Assembly (NCBI GenBank): GCA_016933515.1
Contig: JAFGAV010000118.1
Coordinates: forward strand, 14,768-78,767
Direction of reading: 5' to 3'
DNA: 64,000 nucleotides
Origin: Candidatus Aminicenantes bacterium
Lineage (GTDB): Bacteria; Acidobacteriota; Aminicenantia; Aminicenantales; JAFGAV01
Positions 56,486 to 64,000 of the stretch are shown one piece after another. Both the position numbers and the translations under genes were made by a program. The notes beneath the pieces are model-generated. The model saw only the letters and a list, made by a program, of their open reading frames with translations. It made no database searches and was not told the DNA's origin. The first letter of the stretch is position 1, and every line of letters begins with the position of its first letter.

Positions 56486-57905
56486 AATCGTATTCATTGA
56501 GCCCCGGGCGCCGAACCTGCACATTTTTTCCCAGTTTCCCCTGCCTCGTCTGGGAACCCTCCTCTTAGGGACGATGATGAAAGAGCGGGGTTGGGACGTG
56601 GAGGTCTTCGTCGAAGAGCTCCGCGAGATCCGTTTCGAAGCCGTCCGCGAGGCCGACCTGGTGGGCGTCTCGACCATCACCTCCACCGCGCCGCGCGCTT
56701 ACCGTCTGGCCGACAAGATCCGGTCCCTGGGCCGGCCGGTGATCATGGGCGGGCCACACGTCACTTTCCTGGCCGACGAAGCCCTGGACCACGCCGACTT
56801 CGTCATCCGGGGCGAAGGCGAAATCCCCCTCATGGCCTTCATCGATGCCTGGGAGGGAGACTGGGATTTTCGCCGGGTTCCCAACCTGTCCTTCCATGCG
56901 GCCTCCGGAAACATCCACAATCCCCGCCGTCCAATGCTCCCGGAGCTGGACGCCCTGCCCTTTCCCGACCTGTCCCTATTGAAGCCCGACCGGAAGATCA
57001 AGCTGGGCCGGAAGACCATTCCCATACTGACATCCCGGGGGTGCCCCTTTGATTGCTCGTTCTGCTCGGTCACGGGCATGTTCGGAAAAAAATTCCGTTT
57101 CCGGTCAACGGAAAGCATTATCCGGGAACTGAGAAACTACAACAGCCGCCGGAATATCATCTTTTTCTACGACGACAATTTCACGGCCAACCGGGAGCGA
57201 ACCAAGGCGCTCATGGAAGCCATGATCAGGGAAAACTTCAAGTTTCTCTGGACGACGCAGGTCCGGACCGACATCTCCCGCGACATCGAGCTCGTCAAGC
57301 TCATGAAACGGGCCGGCTGCCACACCCTGTACATCGGCTTCGAATCGGTGAACCCCCGCAGCCTGGAGGCCATGAAGAAAAAACAGACCGTGGACGAGAT
57401 CCGTGAAGCCGCCAAGGTCCTCCGCCGCCATAAAATCCGCATTCACGGCATGTTCATCTTCGGGTTCGACGATGACGACTGGCAAACCATTAAGGCCACG
57501 GTGAAGTTCGCCAAAAAAGCCAGGCTGACTTCGACCCAGTTCCTCATCCTCACTCCCCTGCCGGGATCGGAATGGTACGAGAAAATCTCGGCCGAAAACC
57601 GGATCACCTTCCGGGACTGGGCGCTCTACGACGCGCACCACGTGGTCTTCCAGCCCGCCCGTTTCACTCTCTTTGACCTCCAAAGAGCGCAGATCTTCGG
57701 CCACAGGAAATTCTATTCCCTGGTGGAACTGGCGAAGAGGTTCGTCCGGGGCTGGTGGCTGGACTGCGCCATCGCCGTCTACGCCCGCAAGCTGAACCGC
57801 ATGTGGAACAAGAAAAACAAAACATTCCTCAAGGCTGTGGACCTCCTCCGGCCCAGGCCCGGCGCCAAAATCACGGTCGATTACCGCGAAGATTCGGCTC
57901 TCTAG
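56478..57905 (+). CDS. B12-binding-domain radical SAM protein (class B)
   Basis: 475 aa; N-terminal cobalamin-binding-like Rossmann region (IVFIEP...LGTLLLGTMMKERGWDV...VGVSTITS), TSRGCPFDCSFCSV CxxxCxxC; 8-nt overlap with MerR gene. Confidence 0.85.
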   Translation: MPKIVFIEPRAPNLHIFSQFPLPRLGTLLLGTMMKERGWDVEVFVEELREIRFEAVREADLVGVSTITSTAPRAYRLADKIRSLGRPVIMGGPHVTFLADEALDHADFVIRGEGEIPLMAFIDAWEGDWDFRRVPNLSFHAASGNIHNPRRPMLPELDALPFPDLSLLKPDRKIKLGRKTIPILTSRGCPFDCSFCSVTGMFGKKFRFRSTESIIRELRNYNSRRNIIFFYDDNFTANRERTKALMEAMIRENFKFLWTTQVRTDISRDIELVKLMKRAGCHTLYIGFESVNPRSLEAMKKKQTVDEIREAAKVLRRHKIRIHGMFIFGFDDDDWQTIKATVKFAKKARLTSTQFLILTPLPGSEWYEKISAENRITFRDWALYDAHHVVFQPARFTLFDLQRAQIFGHRKFYSLVELAKRFVRGWWLDCAIAVYARKLNRMWNKKNKTFLKAVDLLRPRPGAKITVDYREDSAL

Positions 57906-57945
57906 CCTTCCGTTTTCAAAAAAGATTTTTGACACGGGTCGGGCC

Positions 57946-58374
57946 TTGGGGGCACAATGCGGCCTGAGGACGAGCCGCCATGCCCGGGCCATGGGCGTCC
58001 GGCACATCGTGGCCCTGGTCAACCACCCCGCCCGGCTCGAGGAGTTCAAGGAGCTTGAAATCCAGACTTACGCCCCCGACCTCCAAAGGGCCACGCTGCT
58101 GACCCTCATGGCCAGCAATCCCGACCTTTTCCGGATCCTGACGACCCACCCCGAGGGTCGGGCGATCGAGGAGGTGTTCTTCGCCGGCCGCCGGGGCGCC
58201 GGCCGACTCCTGCGCAACCTGCGCATCTCCAGCGACCTGCTCATCATCTCCATCCATCGGGGCCGGGAAGTGCTGGTCCCCCACGGCAACACCCGGTTGG
58301 AACCGGGCGACGTGCTGACGGTCCTAGGAGATGCCGAGGCGGTCAAAGATTTCAAAGCCCGCTTGGAACCCTGA
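57946..58374 (+). CDS. TrkA-C (RCK_C) domain protein lacking the N-terminal NAD-binding half
   Basis: 142 aa from TTG; RHIVALVNHP...APDLQRATLL then RCK_C-like LRISSDLLIISIHRGREVLVPHGNTRLEPGDVLTVLGD; no Rossmann GxGxxG segment upstream in any frame. Confidence 0.6.
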   Translation: MGAQCGLRTSRHARAMGVRHIVALVNHPARLEEFKELEIQTYAPDLQRATLLTLMASNPDLFRILTTHPEGRAIEEVFFAGRRGAGRLLRNLRISSDLLIISIHRGREVLVPHGNTRLEPGDVLTVLGDAEAVKDFKARLEP

Positions 58375-58434
58375 GCGCGATCCCGCAGCTCCGCGGGACG
58401 CGTCGGCCCGAGGCCGTTTCCCGCCATTTTTTCG

Positions 58435-58463
58435 TTGACATTTCATTTTCATCTGAATATATT
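58435..58463 (+). promoter_or_regulatory. sigma70-type promoter candidate for the Mrp-like cluster (TTGACA-N17-TATATT)
   Basis: TTGACA 58435-58440, TATATT 58458-58463, SD GAGGA before ATG 58493. Confidence 0.55.
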
Positions 58464-58492
58464 TGGCCTGCTCAAATCATGGGCAGAGGAAA

Positions 58493-59923
58493 ATGAACAT
58501 TAAGCTGATCGCCCTTCTTACGGTTTTTATCCCCGTCCTCGGCTCGTTGACCATTCCCTTGGCCGGGCGCATTTCCCGGCAGGCGCGCTCGGTCTGGTCC
58601 GTCCTCCTGGGCGCGGTCACGGCGGCGCTGCCGCTGTTGCTCCTGCCGTTCGCCCTGAGCGGGAAACAGGATATCGCGGTCCGGACGCTCATCCTGGGGC
58701 TCGACTTCAAGCTCATCATCGATCCCCTGTCCGTGTTCATGTCCATCGTCTCCTCGTTCGTCGGCTTCCTGATCATCGTCTACTCCCTGGGCTACATCGC
58801 CCATGAGCGTCATCAGGACGAGTATTACCTCATGGTCCTGCTGTTCATCGGGTCGATGATGGGCCTCGTGTTCTCGGCCAACCTGGTGTTCATGTACGTC
58901 TTCTGGGAAATCATCGGCATCTGCTGCTGGCGCCTCATCGGGTTTTACCGGGAAAAGGATCATGTCCTCAAAGCCGACAAGGCCTTCCTCATGACCTTTT
59001 TCGGTGCGGCGGTCATGCTCCTGGGCTTCATTCTGATTTACAATCAGACCGGGACGTTCGACCTGACGGCCATGCGCGGGACCTTGATCTCCGGCACCGC
59101 GGTCTTGTTCATCCTCCTGGGCATGTTCTCCAAGTCGACGACCATGCCGCTCCACACCTGGCTGCCCGACGCCGGCGTCGCTCCCACAACCGTCACCGCG
59201 CTGCTTCATGCCGCAGTCCTGGTGAAGATCGGCGTTTACGCGTTCGCCCGGCTCTTCCTGTTCACGTTCAGCCTGCCCGCCGGATGGAGAGACGCCCTGC
59301 CCATTTTCGTCGTCGTCTCGAGCCTCGTGGCCGCGGGAGCGGCCACGGTCGAGAACGACTTCAAACGCATCCTGGCTTATTCCACGATCAGTCAGATCGG
59401 CTACATCTTCCTCGGATTCAGCGTTTACACGCCGGACGGCATCTCGGGCTCGCTGCTTTTCATCCTCATGCACGGCCTGGCCAAGGCCGGTTTGTTCCTG
59501 TGCGCCGGGATCGTCATTCATGCCACCCACAAACGGGACATCCGGGAAATGGGCGGGCTCATCAAAACCATGCCCGTCACGGCCGTGGCCTTTTTGGCCT
59601 GCGCGTTCTCGGTCATCGGCCTGCCGCCTTTCGGCGGGTTCTTCTCCAAGCTCCTGGTCATCACCGGCACGGTCAAGGCCGGCCAGGTCTGGGTGGCGGC
59701 CGTCGCCCTTTTCACCGCCGTGCTGACGATGTTCTACCTTCTCAAAGTCTTCAGCAAGGTCTTTCTGGGCGAGGCGACCGAGACGGCGCCGGAGAAAACG
59801 CGGGGCATGGTCTTCGTCGTGGCCCTCCTGGCCGTCCTGTCCCTTCTCAGCGGCCTCCTGGTGGCCTATCCCATGAAGCTCGTGGAGACCGCCACAACCT
59901 CAATCATCTGGTGGAACCCATGA
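58493..59923 (+). CDS. NuoM/N- or MrpD-type proton-conducting antiporter-like membrane subunit (1 of 3)
   Basis: Start at ATG 58493 (MNIKLIALLTVFIPVLG); polytopic; KSTTMPLHTWLPDAGVAPTTVTALLHAAVLVK motif of the NuoL/M/N-MrpA/D family. Confidence 0.8.
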   Translation: MNIKLIALLTVFIPVLGSLTIPLAGRISRQARSVWSVLLGAVTAALPLLLLPFALSGKQDIAVRTLILGLDFKLIIDPLSVFMSIVSSFVGFLIIVYSLGYIAHERHQDEYYLMVLLFIGSMMGLVFSANLVFMYVFWEIIGICCWRLIGFYREKDHVLKADKAFLMTFFGAAVMLLGFILIYNQTGTFDLTAMRGTLISGTAVLFILLGMFSKSTTMPLHTWLPDAGVAPTTVTALLHAAVLVKIGVYAFARLFLFTFSLPAGWRDALPIFVVVSSLVAAGAATVENDFKRILAYSTISQIGYIFLGFSVYTPDGISGSLLFILMHGLAKAGLFLCAGIVIHATHKRDIREMGGLIKTMPVTAVAFLACAFSVIGLPPFGGFFSKLLVITGTVKAGQVWVAAVALFTAVLTMFYLLKVFSKVFLGEATETAPEKTRGMVFVVALLAVLSLLSGLLVAYPMKLVETATTSIIWWNP

Positions 59924-61788
59924 CACCCCAAACGCTCCTCATCCCCATTCTTCTGCCCGCCGGGCTGGCCGTCGTGTTCTTCCTGATCCCCTCGCGCGTC
60001 AAGCTTGTGCGCGAGGTCCTGGCCGTTCTGGGGGCCTCCGCCCTCCTCTATCTGGGTTTCGTCTTCTTCTCCGTCCGGAACCTGTCGTGGAAGACCCCTT
60101 GGCTCGGCCGCGGCATCGATTTCGACCTGCGGCTCTACCATTTCTCGGCCTTCATCCTCCTCGGACTGACGGGCTTTCTTTTTCTCATCACCCTTTACTC
60201 CACGGTCAAGATGAGAAACACCCCGCGCCTGCGGGAATATTACGGCTACGTCTTCCTGACCGCGGCCATGGCCAACGGCGCGGTCCTGTCCAACAATTTC
60301 GTTCCCCTGATTTTTTTCTGGGGAGGCGGGCTGCTGACCCTCTACGGCCTGATCACGATCGGCGGCCAGACCTCCCACCGCACCGCGGTCAAGAGCCTCA
60401 TGCTGGGAGGGTTCTGCGATTTTTCCATGATCCTCGGCATCGGCATCCTGTGGGCCAAGACCGGGACTCTGACCTTGAGCGAAATCTCGGTCAAACCCGA
60501 GGGCGTGCTGGCCGCGGCCTTCATCCTGATGATGATCGGCGCCATCGGCAAAGCGGGGGCCATGCCCTTTCACACCTGGATCCCCGACGCCGCCGTCGAC
60601 GCCCCCGTGTCGGTCATGGCCTTCATCCCCGCCGCTTTGGAAAAACTGCTGGGCATCTATCTCCTGGCCCGCATCGCCCTAGACTTCTTCCATCTGGAAA
60701 AGAACGGCGCGATGGCCATCACCCTGATGATCATAGGCGCGGCGACCATCGTCCTGGCGGTCTTCATGGCCTTGATCCAGAAGGATTTCAAGCGCCTTCT
60801 TTCCTACCACGCCGTCAGCCAGGTGGGCTACATGATTCTGGGCATCGGCACCGCCATCCCCATCGGCATTGCCGGCGGCATCTTCCACATGATCAACCAC
60901 GCCATGTACAAGTCCGGCCTGTTTCTCAGCGCCGGATCGGTGGAGCACCGCACGGGGACGACGGATCTGCGGAAGCTCGGAGGTCTCAGCCGGGAAATGC
61001 CGCTGACCGCTTTCGGATTCGCCGTCTGCGCCCTGGCCATCTCCGGCGTCTGGCCGCTCAACGGGTTTGTCTCCAAAGAAATGGTCTTTCACGGCGCCCT
61101 GGAGACGGGTTACATCATTTTCGCCATCGCCGCCTGGGCGGGCGCCGTTCTGACGTTCGCCTCTTTCCTCAAGGCCGGCCATTCCGTATTCCTCGGCCCC
61201 CGGAGCCAGGACGTGCCGCGGGTCAAAGAAAGCCAAGGCCCGGTCGTCCTCCCCATCCTCATCCTGGCGGCCCTGTGCATCCTCTTCGGCGTTTACAACA
61301 AGCTGCCGCTCCAAACGTTCATCACCCCCATCCTGGACGGCCACGCGGCCCCCGGCGAGCACCTCGATTTCACGAGCCACGCTCTGTCCGTCTTCAACCC
61401 CGTGGCCCTGATCTCGATCGGCTGCCTCATCCTGGCCTTGCTCCTCCACATCTACGGCTGGCGGCGGGGCGGGAAAAAAGCCCATCTCGCTTCCGAGCCC
61501 GTGCACACGTTCCCGGGCTTGAAACAGATTTACGACCTGGCCGAAGCCCGGATCTTCGATATTTATGAACAGGGGATCAGGTTCCTGCGGTCTCTGTCCC
61601 TGGTTCTCTTCAAGGGCATCGATCGGCCGATCGATGCCGTTTACGACAAAGGCGTCACGGCCGTCGGCCGCGCGTTCACCCGCCTCTTTCAGAGCGCCCA
61701 CAACGGGCACTACGCCAACTACTTGGCCTGGTGCCTGGGCGGGTTGCTCGTCCTGGTCGGCGTGATCGGCTGGTTCGTCGGCTTTTAA
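59920..61788 (+). CDS. NuoL/MrpA/HyfB-type proton-conducting antiporter-like membrane subunit (2 of 3, longest)
   Basis: Start at ATG 59920 (ATGA overlap); 622 aa; GKAGAMPFHTWIPDAAVDAPVSVMAFIPAALEK; ORF-track start 59284 lies inside the previous gene. Confidence 0.8.
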   Translation: MTPQTLLIPILLPAGLAVVFFLIPSRVKLVREVLAVLGASALLYLGFVFFSVRNLSWKTPWLGRGIDFDLRLYHFSAFILLGLTGFLFLITLYSTVKMRNTPRLREYYGYVFLTAAMANGAVLSNNFVPLIFFWGGGLLTLYGLITIGGQTSHRTAVKSLMLGGFCDFSMILGIGILWAKTGTLTLSEISVKPEGVLAAAFILMMIGAIGKAGAMPFHTWIPDAAVDAPVSVMAFIPAALEKLLGIYLLARIALDFFHLEKNGAMAITLMIIGAATIVLAVFMALIQKDFKRLLSYHAVSQVGYMILGIGTAIPIGIAGGIFHMINHAMYKSGLFLSAGSVEHRTGTTDLRKLGGLSREMPLTAFGFAVCALAISGVWPLNGFVSKEMVFHGALETGYIIFAIAAWAGAVLTFASFLKAGHSVFLGPRSQDVPRVKESQGPVVLPILILAALCILFGVYNKLPLQTFITPILDGHAAPGEHLDFTSHALSVFNPVALISIGCLILALLLHIYGWRRGGKKAHLASEPVHTFPGLKQIYDLAEARIFDIYEQGIRFLRSLSLVLFKGIDRPIDAVYDKGVTAVGRAFTRLFQSAHNGHYANYLAWCLGGLLVLVGVIGWFVGF

Positions 61789-61802
61789 AGGGAGGAAGAG
61801 AG

Positions 61803-63287
61803 TTGATATTCCTGTTCATCGCCCTACCCCTGGTCGTCGCGGGAATCCTTCCCCTTATCGGGAAGATCTCTCCCCGGCTTCTGCCCGACATCCTGGCCAA
61901 CGCCGTGTTCGCGGCTCTCCTGGCGATCGCCCTTTTTGCCGGCCCGTCCCTCATCGGGCAGGGCGCCGGCCTTCAGCCGTTCATGTTCCTGGGAGAGCCC
62001 CTCGGCATCCATCTGGCCCTGGACGGTTTCAGCCTGTTCATGCTGGCCGCGATCTCCCTGGTGGGCCTGTGCATCGGTCTTTTTTCGGTCGATTACATGG
62101 AGCATTACGGCCACAAAGCGGCCTATTACGCCCTGCTGCTCATCATGTTCGCCGGAATGAACGGGTTGGTGCTCGTGACCGACTTCTTCCAGATCTATCT
62201 CTTCCTGGAGGTGGCGGCCATCGCCTCCTACGCTCTGGTGGCTTACGGCTTGGGCCACGAAGAGCTCGAAGCCTCGTTCAAATACCTCATGCTCTCGGCA
62301 GTCTCCTCGGCCTTCATCGTCATCAGCGTCACCCTGCTTTTCGGCCTGACCGGAAGCCTGGATTTCGGCGCCGTGTCGCAGGCGCTCCGCGGTCTCAACC
62401 AGCCTCTGGCTTCCGGAGTGTGCGCCGCCCTGTTCATCATGGGCTTCGGTCTCAAGGCGGCCCTCATCCCCTTTCATGCCTGGCTGCCCGACGCCCATCC
62501 GTCCGCGCCGGCCCCCATTTCCGCGGCGCTGTCCGGGCTGCTGATCAAGGTTTCGGGAATCTACGCCCTGACGCGGATTTTCCTGAAAGTCTTCGGGCTG
62601 ACGCCGGCCCTGTCCAACATCCTGATGATCCTGGGCGCCGTGTCCATGGTCGTGGCGGCTTTTCTCGCCCTGGGCCAGAAGGACATCAAAAGGATGCTGG
62701 CTTACTCCTCGATCAGCCAGGTGGGATACATCGTCCTCGGCATCGGCCTGGGAACCCCTCTCGGCATCCTGGGAGGGCTTTTCCATCTTCTCAACCACGC
62801 CCTGGCCAAGAGCCTCCTGTTCTTGAATTCCGGATCGATCCAGATGGCCGCCGGGACGAGGAACCTTGAGGAGATGAACGGCCTGTCCAAAAAAATGCCC
62901 GTGACCGCGGCCACGACCCTCGTCGGATCGCTTTCGATCGCCGGCGTGCCGCCCCTCAACGGGTTCTGGAGCAAGCTCATCATCGTCGTGGCCCTCGTGC
63001 AGGCCAAGCGATTCGGGTTCGCCCTGGCCGCCATTCTGGCCAGCGTGCTGACCCTGTGGTATTACCTCATCATCCAACGGCGCGCCTTTTTCAACAAGCC
63101 CGACGAGAAGTGGCGCGACGTCCGGGAAGCGCCCTTCCTGATGACGACGGCCACGGTCGTCCTGGCCCTGCTGTGCATCGTCATCGGAATCTTTTTCACG
63201 GCGACGATCTCCACCTGGATCGAGCCCGCGCGCGACGCCCTGGCCGGGGGTCTCCAGGTCATTCAAAGCTCGATAGGAATTCAATGA
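61803..63287 (+). CDS. NuoM/N- or MrpD-type proton-conducting antiporter-like membrane subunit (3 of 3)
   Basis: TTG 61803 after GGGAGGAAGAGAG chosen; ORF-track ATG 61731 would overlap the previous gene by 58 nt; GLKAALIPFHAWLPDAHPSAPAPISAALSGLLIK. Confidence 0.8.
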   Translation: MIFLFIALPLVVAGILPLIGKISPRLLPDILANAVFAALLAIALFAGPSLIGQGAGLQPFMFLGEPLGIHLALDGFSLFMLAAISLVGLCIGLFSVDYMEHYGHKAAYYALLLIMFAGMNGLVLVTDFFQIYLFLEVAAIASYALVAYGLGHEELEASFKYLMLSAVSSAFIVISVTLLFGLTGSLDFGAVSQALRGLNQPLASGVCAALFIMGFGLKAALIPFHAWLPDAHPSAPAPISAALSGLLIKVSGIYALTRIFLKVFGLTPALSNILMILGAVSMVVAAFLALGQKDIKRMLAYSSISQVGYIVLGIGLGTPLGILGGLFHLLNHALAKSLLFLNSGSIQMAAGTRNLEEMNGLSKKMPVTAATTLVGSLSIAGVPPLNGFWSKLIIVVALVQAKRFGFALAAILASVLTLWYYLIIQRRAFFNKPDEKWRDVREAPFLMTTATVVLALLCIVIGIFFTATISTWIEPARDALAGGLQVIQSSIGIQ

Positions 63288-63769
63288 TGGCCTTACAAAT
63301 CGGATTGTTATGCGGACTGGTGGTCTTTTCCCTGCTGGCCGTCCTGCTGCGCGACATCCTCAAGGCCGCCATCTCGCTGGCCGTGGCCAGCCTGTTGCTG
63401 GGCATCCTGTTTTTCCGCCTGGACGCCCCCTACGCCGGCGCCTTCGAAATCTCGGTCGTGGCCGGATTGATCACCGTCTTGTTCGTCGTGACCATCGCCT
63501 TGACCAAGGCCGAGGGCGGCGTGCACGAATCGCGCGCGGCGGCCTGGATCTTTCCCCTGTTCTTCGTCGTGTTCCTGGTCATCGATTTTCTGGTCATGCG
63601 ACGTCTCATCGGGCAGGTCGCTTCCCTGCCCGCGCCGGCCGAGGCGGGGACGTTCGGCCAAGTCCTGTGGAAAGGCCGCACCTTCGACCTCATCGCCCAG
63701 GTGGGCGTCATCTTCGCCGGCGTGTTCGCCGTCCTGGCCCTGTTCCGCAAAAGGAGCAAACATGAGTAA
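63284..63769 (+). CDS. small MrpB/MbhD-like (DUF4040-type) membrane subunit
   Basis: Start at ATG 63284 (overlaps previous stop); 161 aa, four TM helices; FFRLDAPYAGAFEISVVAGLITVLFVV resembles the DUF4040/MnhB pattern. Confidence 0.55.
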   Translation: MMALQIGLLCGLVVFSLLAVLLRDILKAAISLAVASLLLGILFFRLDAPYAGAFEISVVAGLITVLFVVTIALTKAEGGVHESRAAAWIFPLFFVVFLVIDFLVMRRLIGQVASLPAPAEAGTFGQVLWKGRTFDLIAQVGVIFAGVFAVLALFRKRSKHE

Positions 63770-64000
63770 CGTCTGGCTGCTGTACATGGGATTCGCCGCC
63801 GTCCTGCTGTTCGCGGGACTCTACTGCCTCCTGACCATGCGGAACCTCATCAAGCTGTTTATCGGCGTCGAGGTCATCGGCAAGGCCGTCACCCTGGGGA
63901 TCATCGCCACGGGCGCCACCAAAAACAGCATTCTCACCGCCCAGGCCCTGGCCGTGACGTTCATCGTCGTCGAGGTCTGCGTCGTGGCCACGGCCCTGGC
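63762..64000 (+). CDS. MrpC/NuoK-like membrane subunit (partial, runs off window)
   Basis: Own translation from ATG 63762: MSNVWLLYMGFAAVLLFAGLYCLLTMRNLIKLFIGVEVIGKAVTLGIIATG...; 8-nt overlap with previous gene; not in ORF track because no stop lies within the window. Confidence 0.7.
   Translation, partial: MSNVWLLYMGFAAVLLFAGLYCLLTMRNLIKLFIGVEVIGKAVTLGIIATGATKNSILTAQALAVTFIVVEVCVVATAL

Overview
GC-rich bacterial chromosomal segment, densely coding on both strands and mostly housekeeping. All calls come from motif-level reading of the supplied translations and the raw sequence; no database search was possible. Start codons, especially GTG/TTG starts, are the least certain part.

Main content:
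- 0.2-6.4 kb: M23 peptidase, Ser/Thr kinase with TPR sensor, bifunctional FBP aldolase/phosphatase, NUDIX hydrolase.
- 6.6-22.3 kb: a complete, translationally coupled division/cell-wall cluster, mraZ-rsmH-ftsL-ftsI-murE-murF-mraY-murD-ftsW-murG-murC-ftsQ-ftsA-ftsZ. It lacks murB and ddl; ddl sits at 34.1 kb with ruvX-mltG.
- 22.3-29 kb: hutI, an anSME-type radical SAM/SPASM enzyme, a Tat-exported dienelactone hydrolase, a DUF2207 membrane protein and a Ca2+/cation antiporter.
- 29-33.6 kb: a same-strand block of four poorly characterised enzymes (GT-A-like, GT4, ICMT-like methyltransferase, NTP_transf_5-like).
- 33.7-42.2 kb: hup, an EndoQ-like nuclease next to a BFN nuclease, and a fused LptF-LptG permease.
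- 42.3-52.8 kb: groESL with two CIRCE-like repeats, cvpA, PHP esterase, purC, pgeF, rpsU, lipA, DUF1848, lptB and a zinc-ribbon/RDD protein.
- 53-64 kb: tRNA-Val(CAC), a MerR-type regulator coupled to a B12-binding radical SAM enzyme, and the start of an Mrp/Mbh-like multi-subunit cation/proton transporter cluster that runs off the window.

I saw no CRISPR array, transposase, integrase, prophage or recognisable defence or toxin module, and no clearly novel multi-gene system.

The most unusual items are:
1. An unclassified 82-nt hairpin repeat present in three intergenic copies.
2. The MerR/B12-radical-SAM pair with palindromic operator-like sites.
3. The atypical Mrp-like gene order.
4. The four-enzyme block at 29-33.6 kb.
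5. The fused LptFG permease.
6. The dual CIRCE arrangement at groES.
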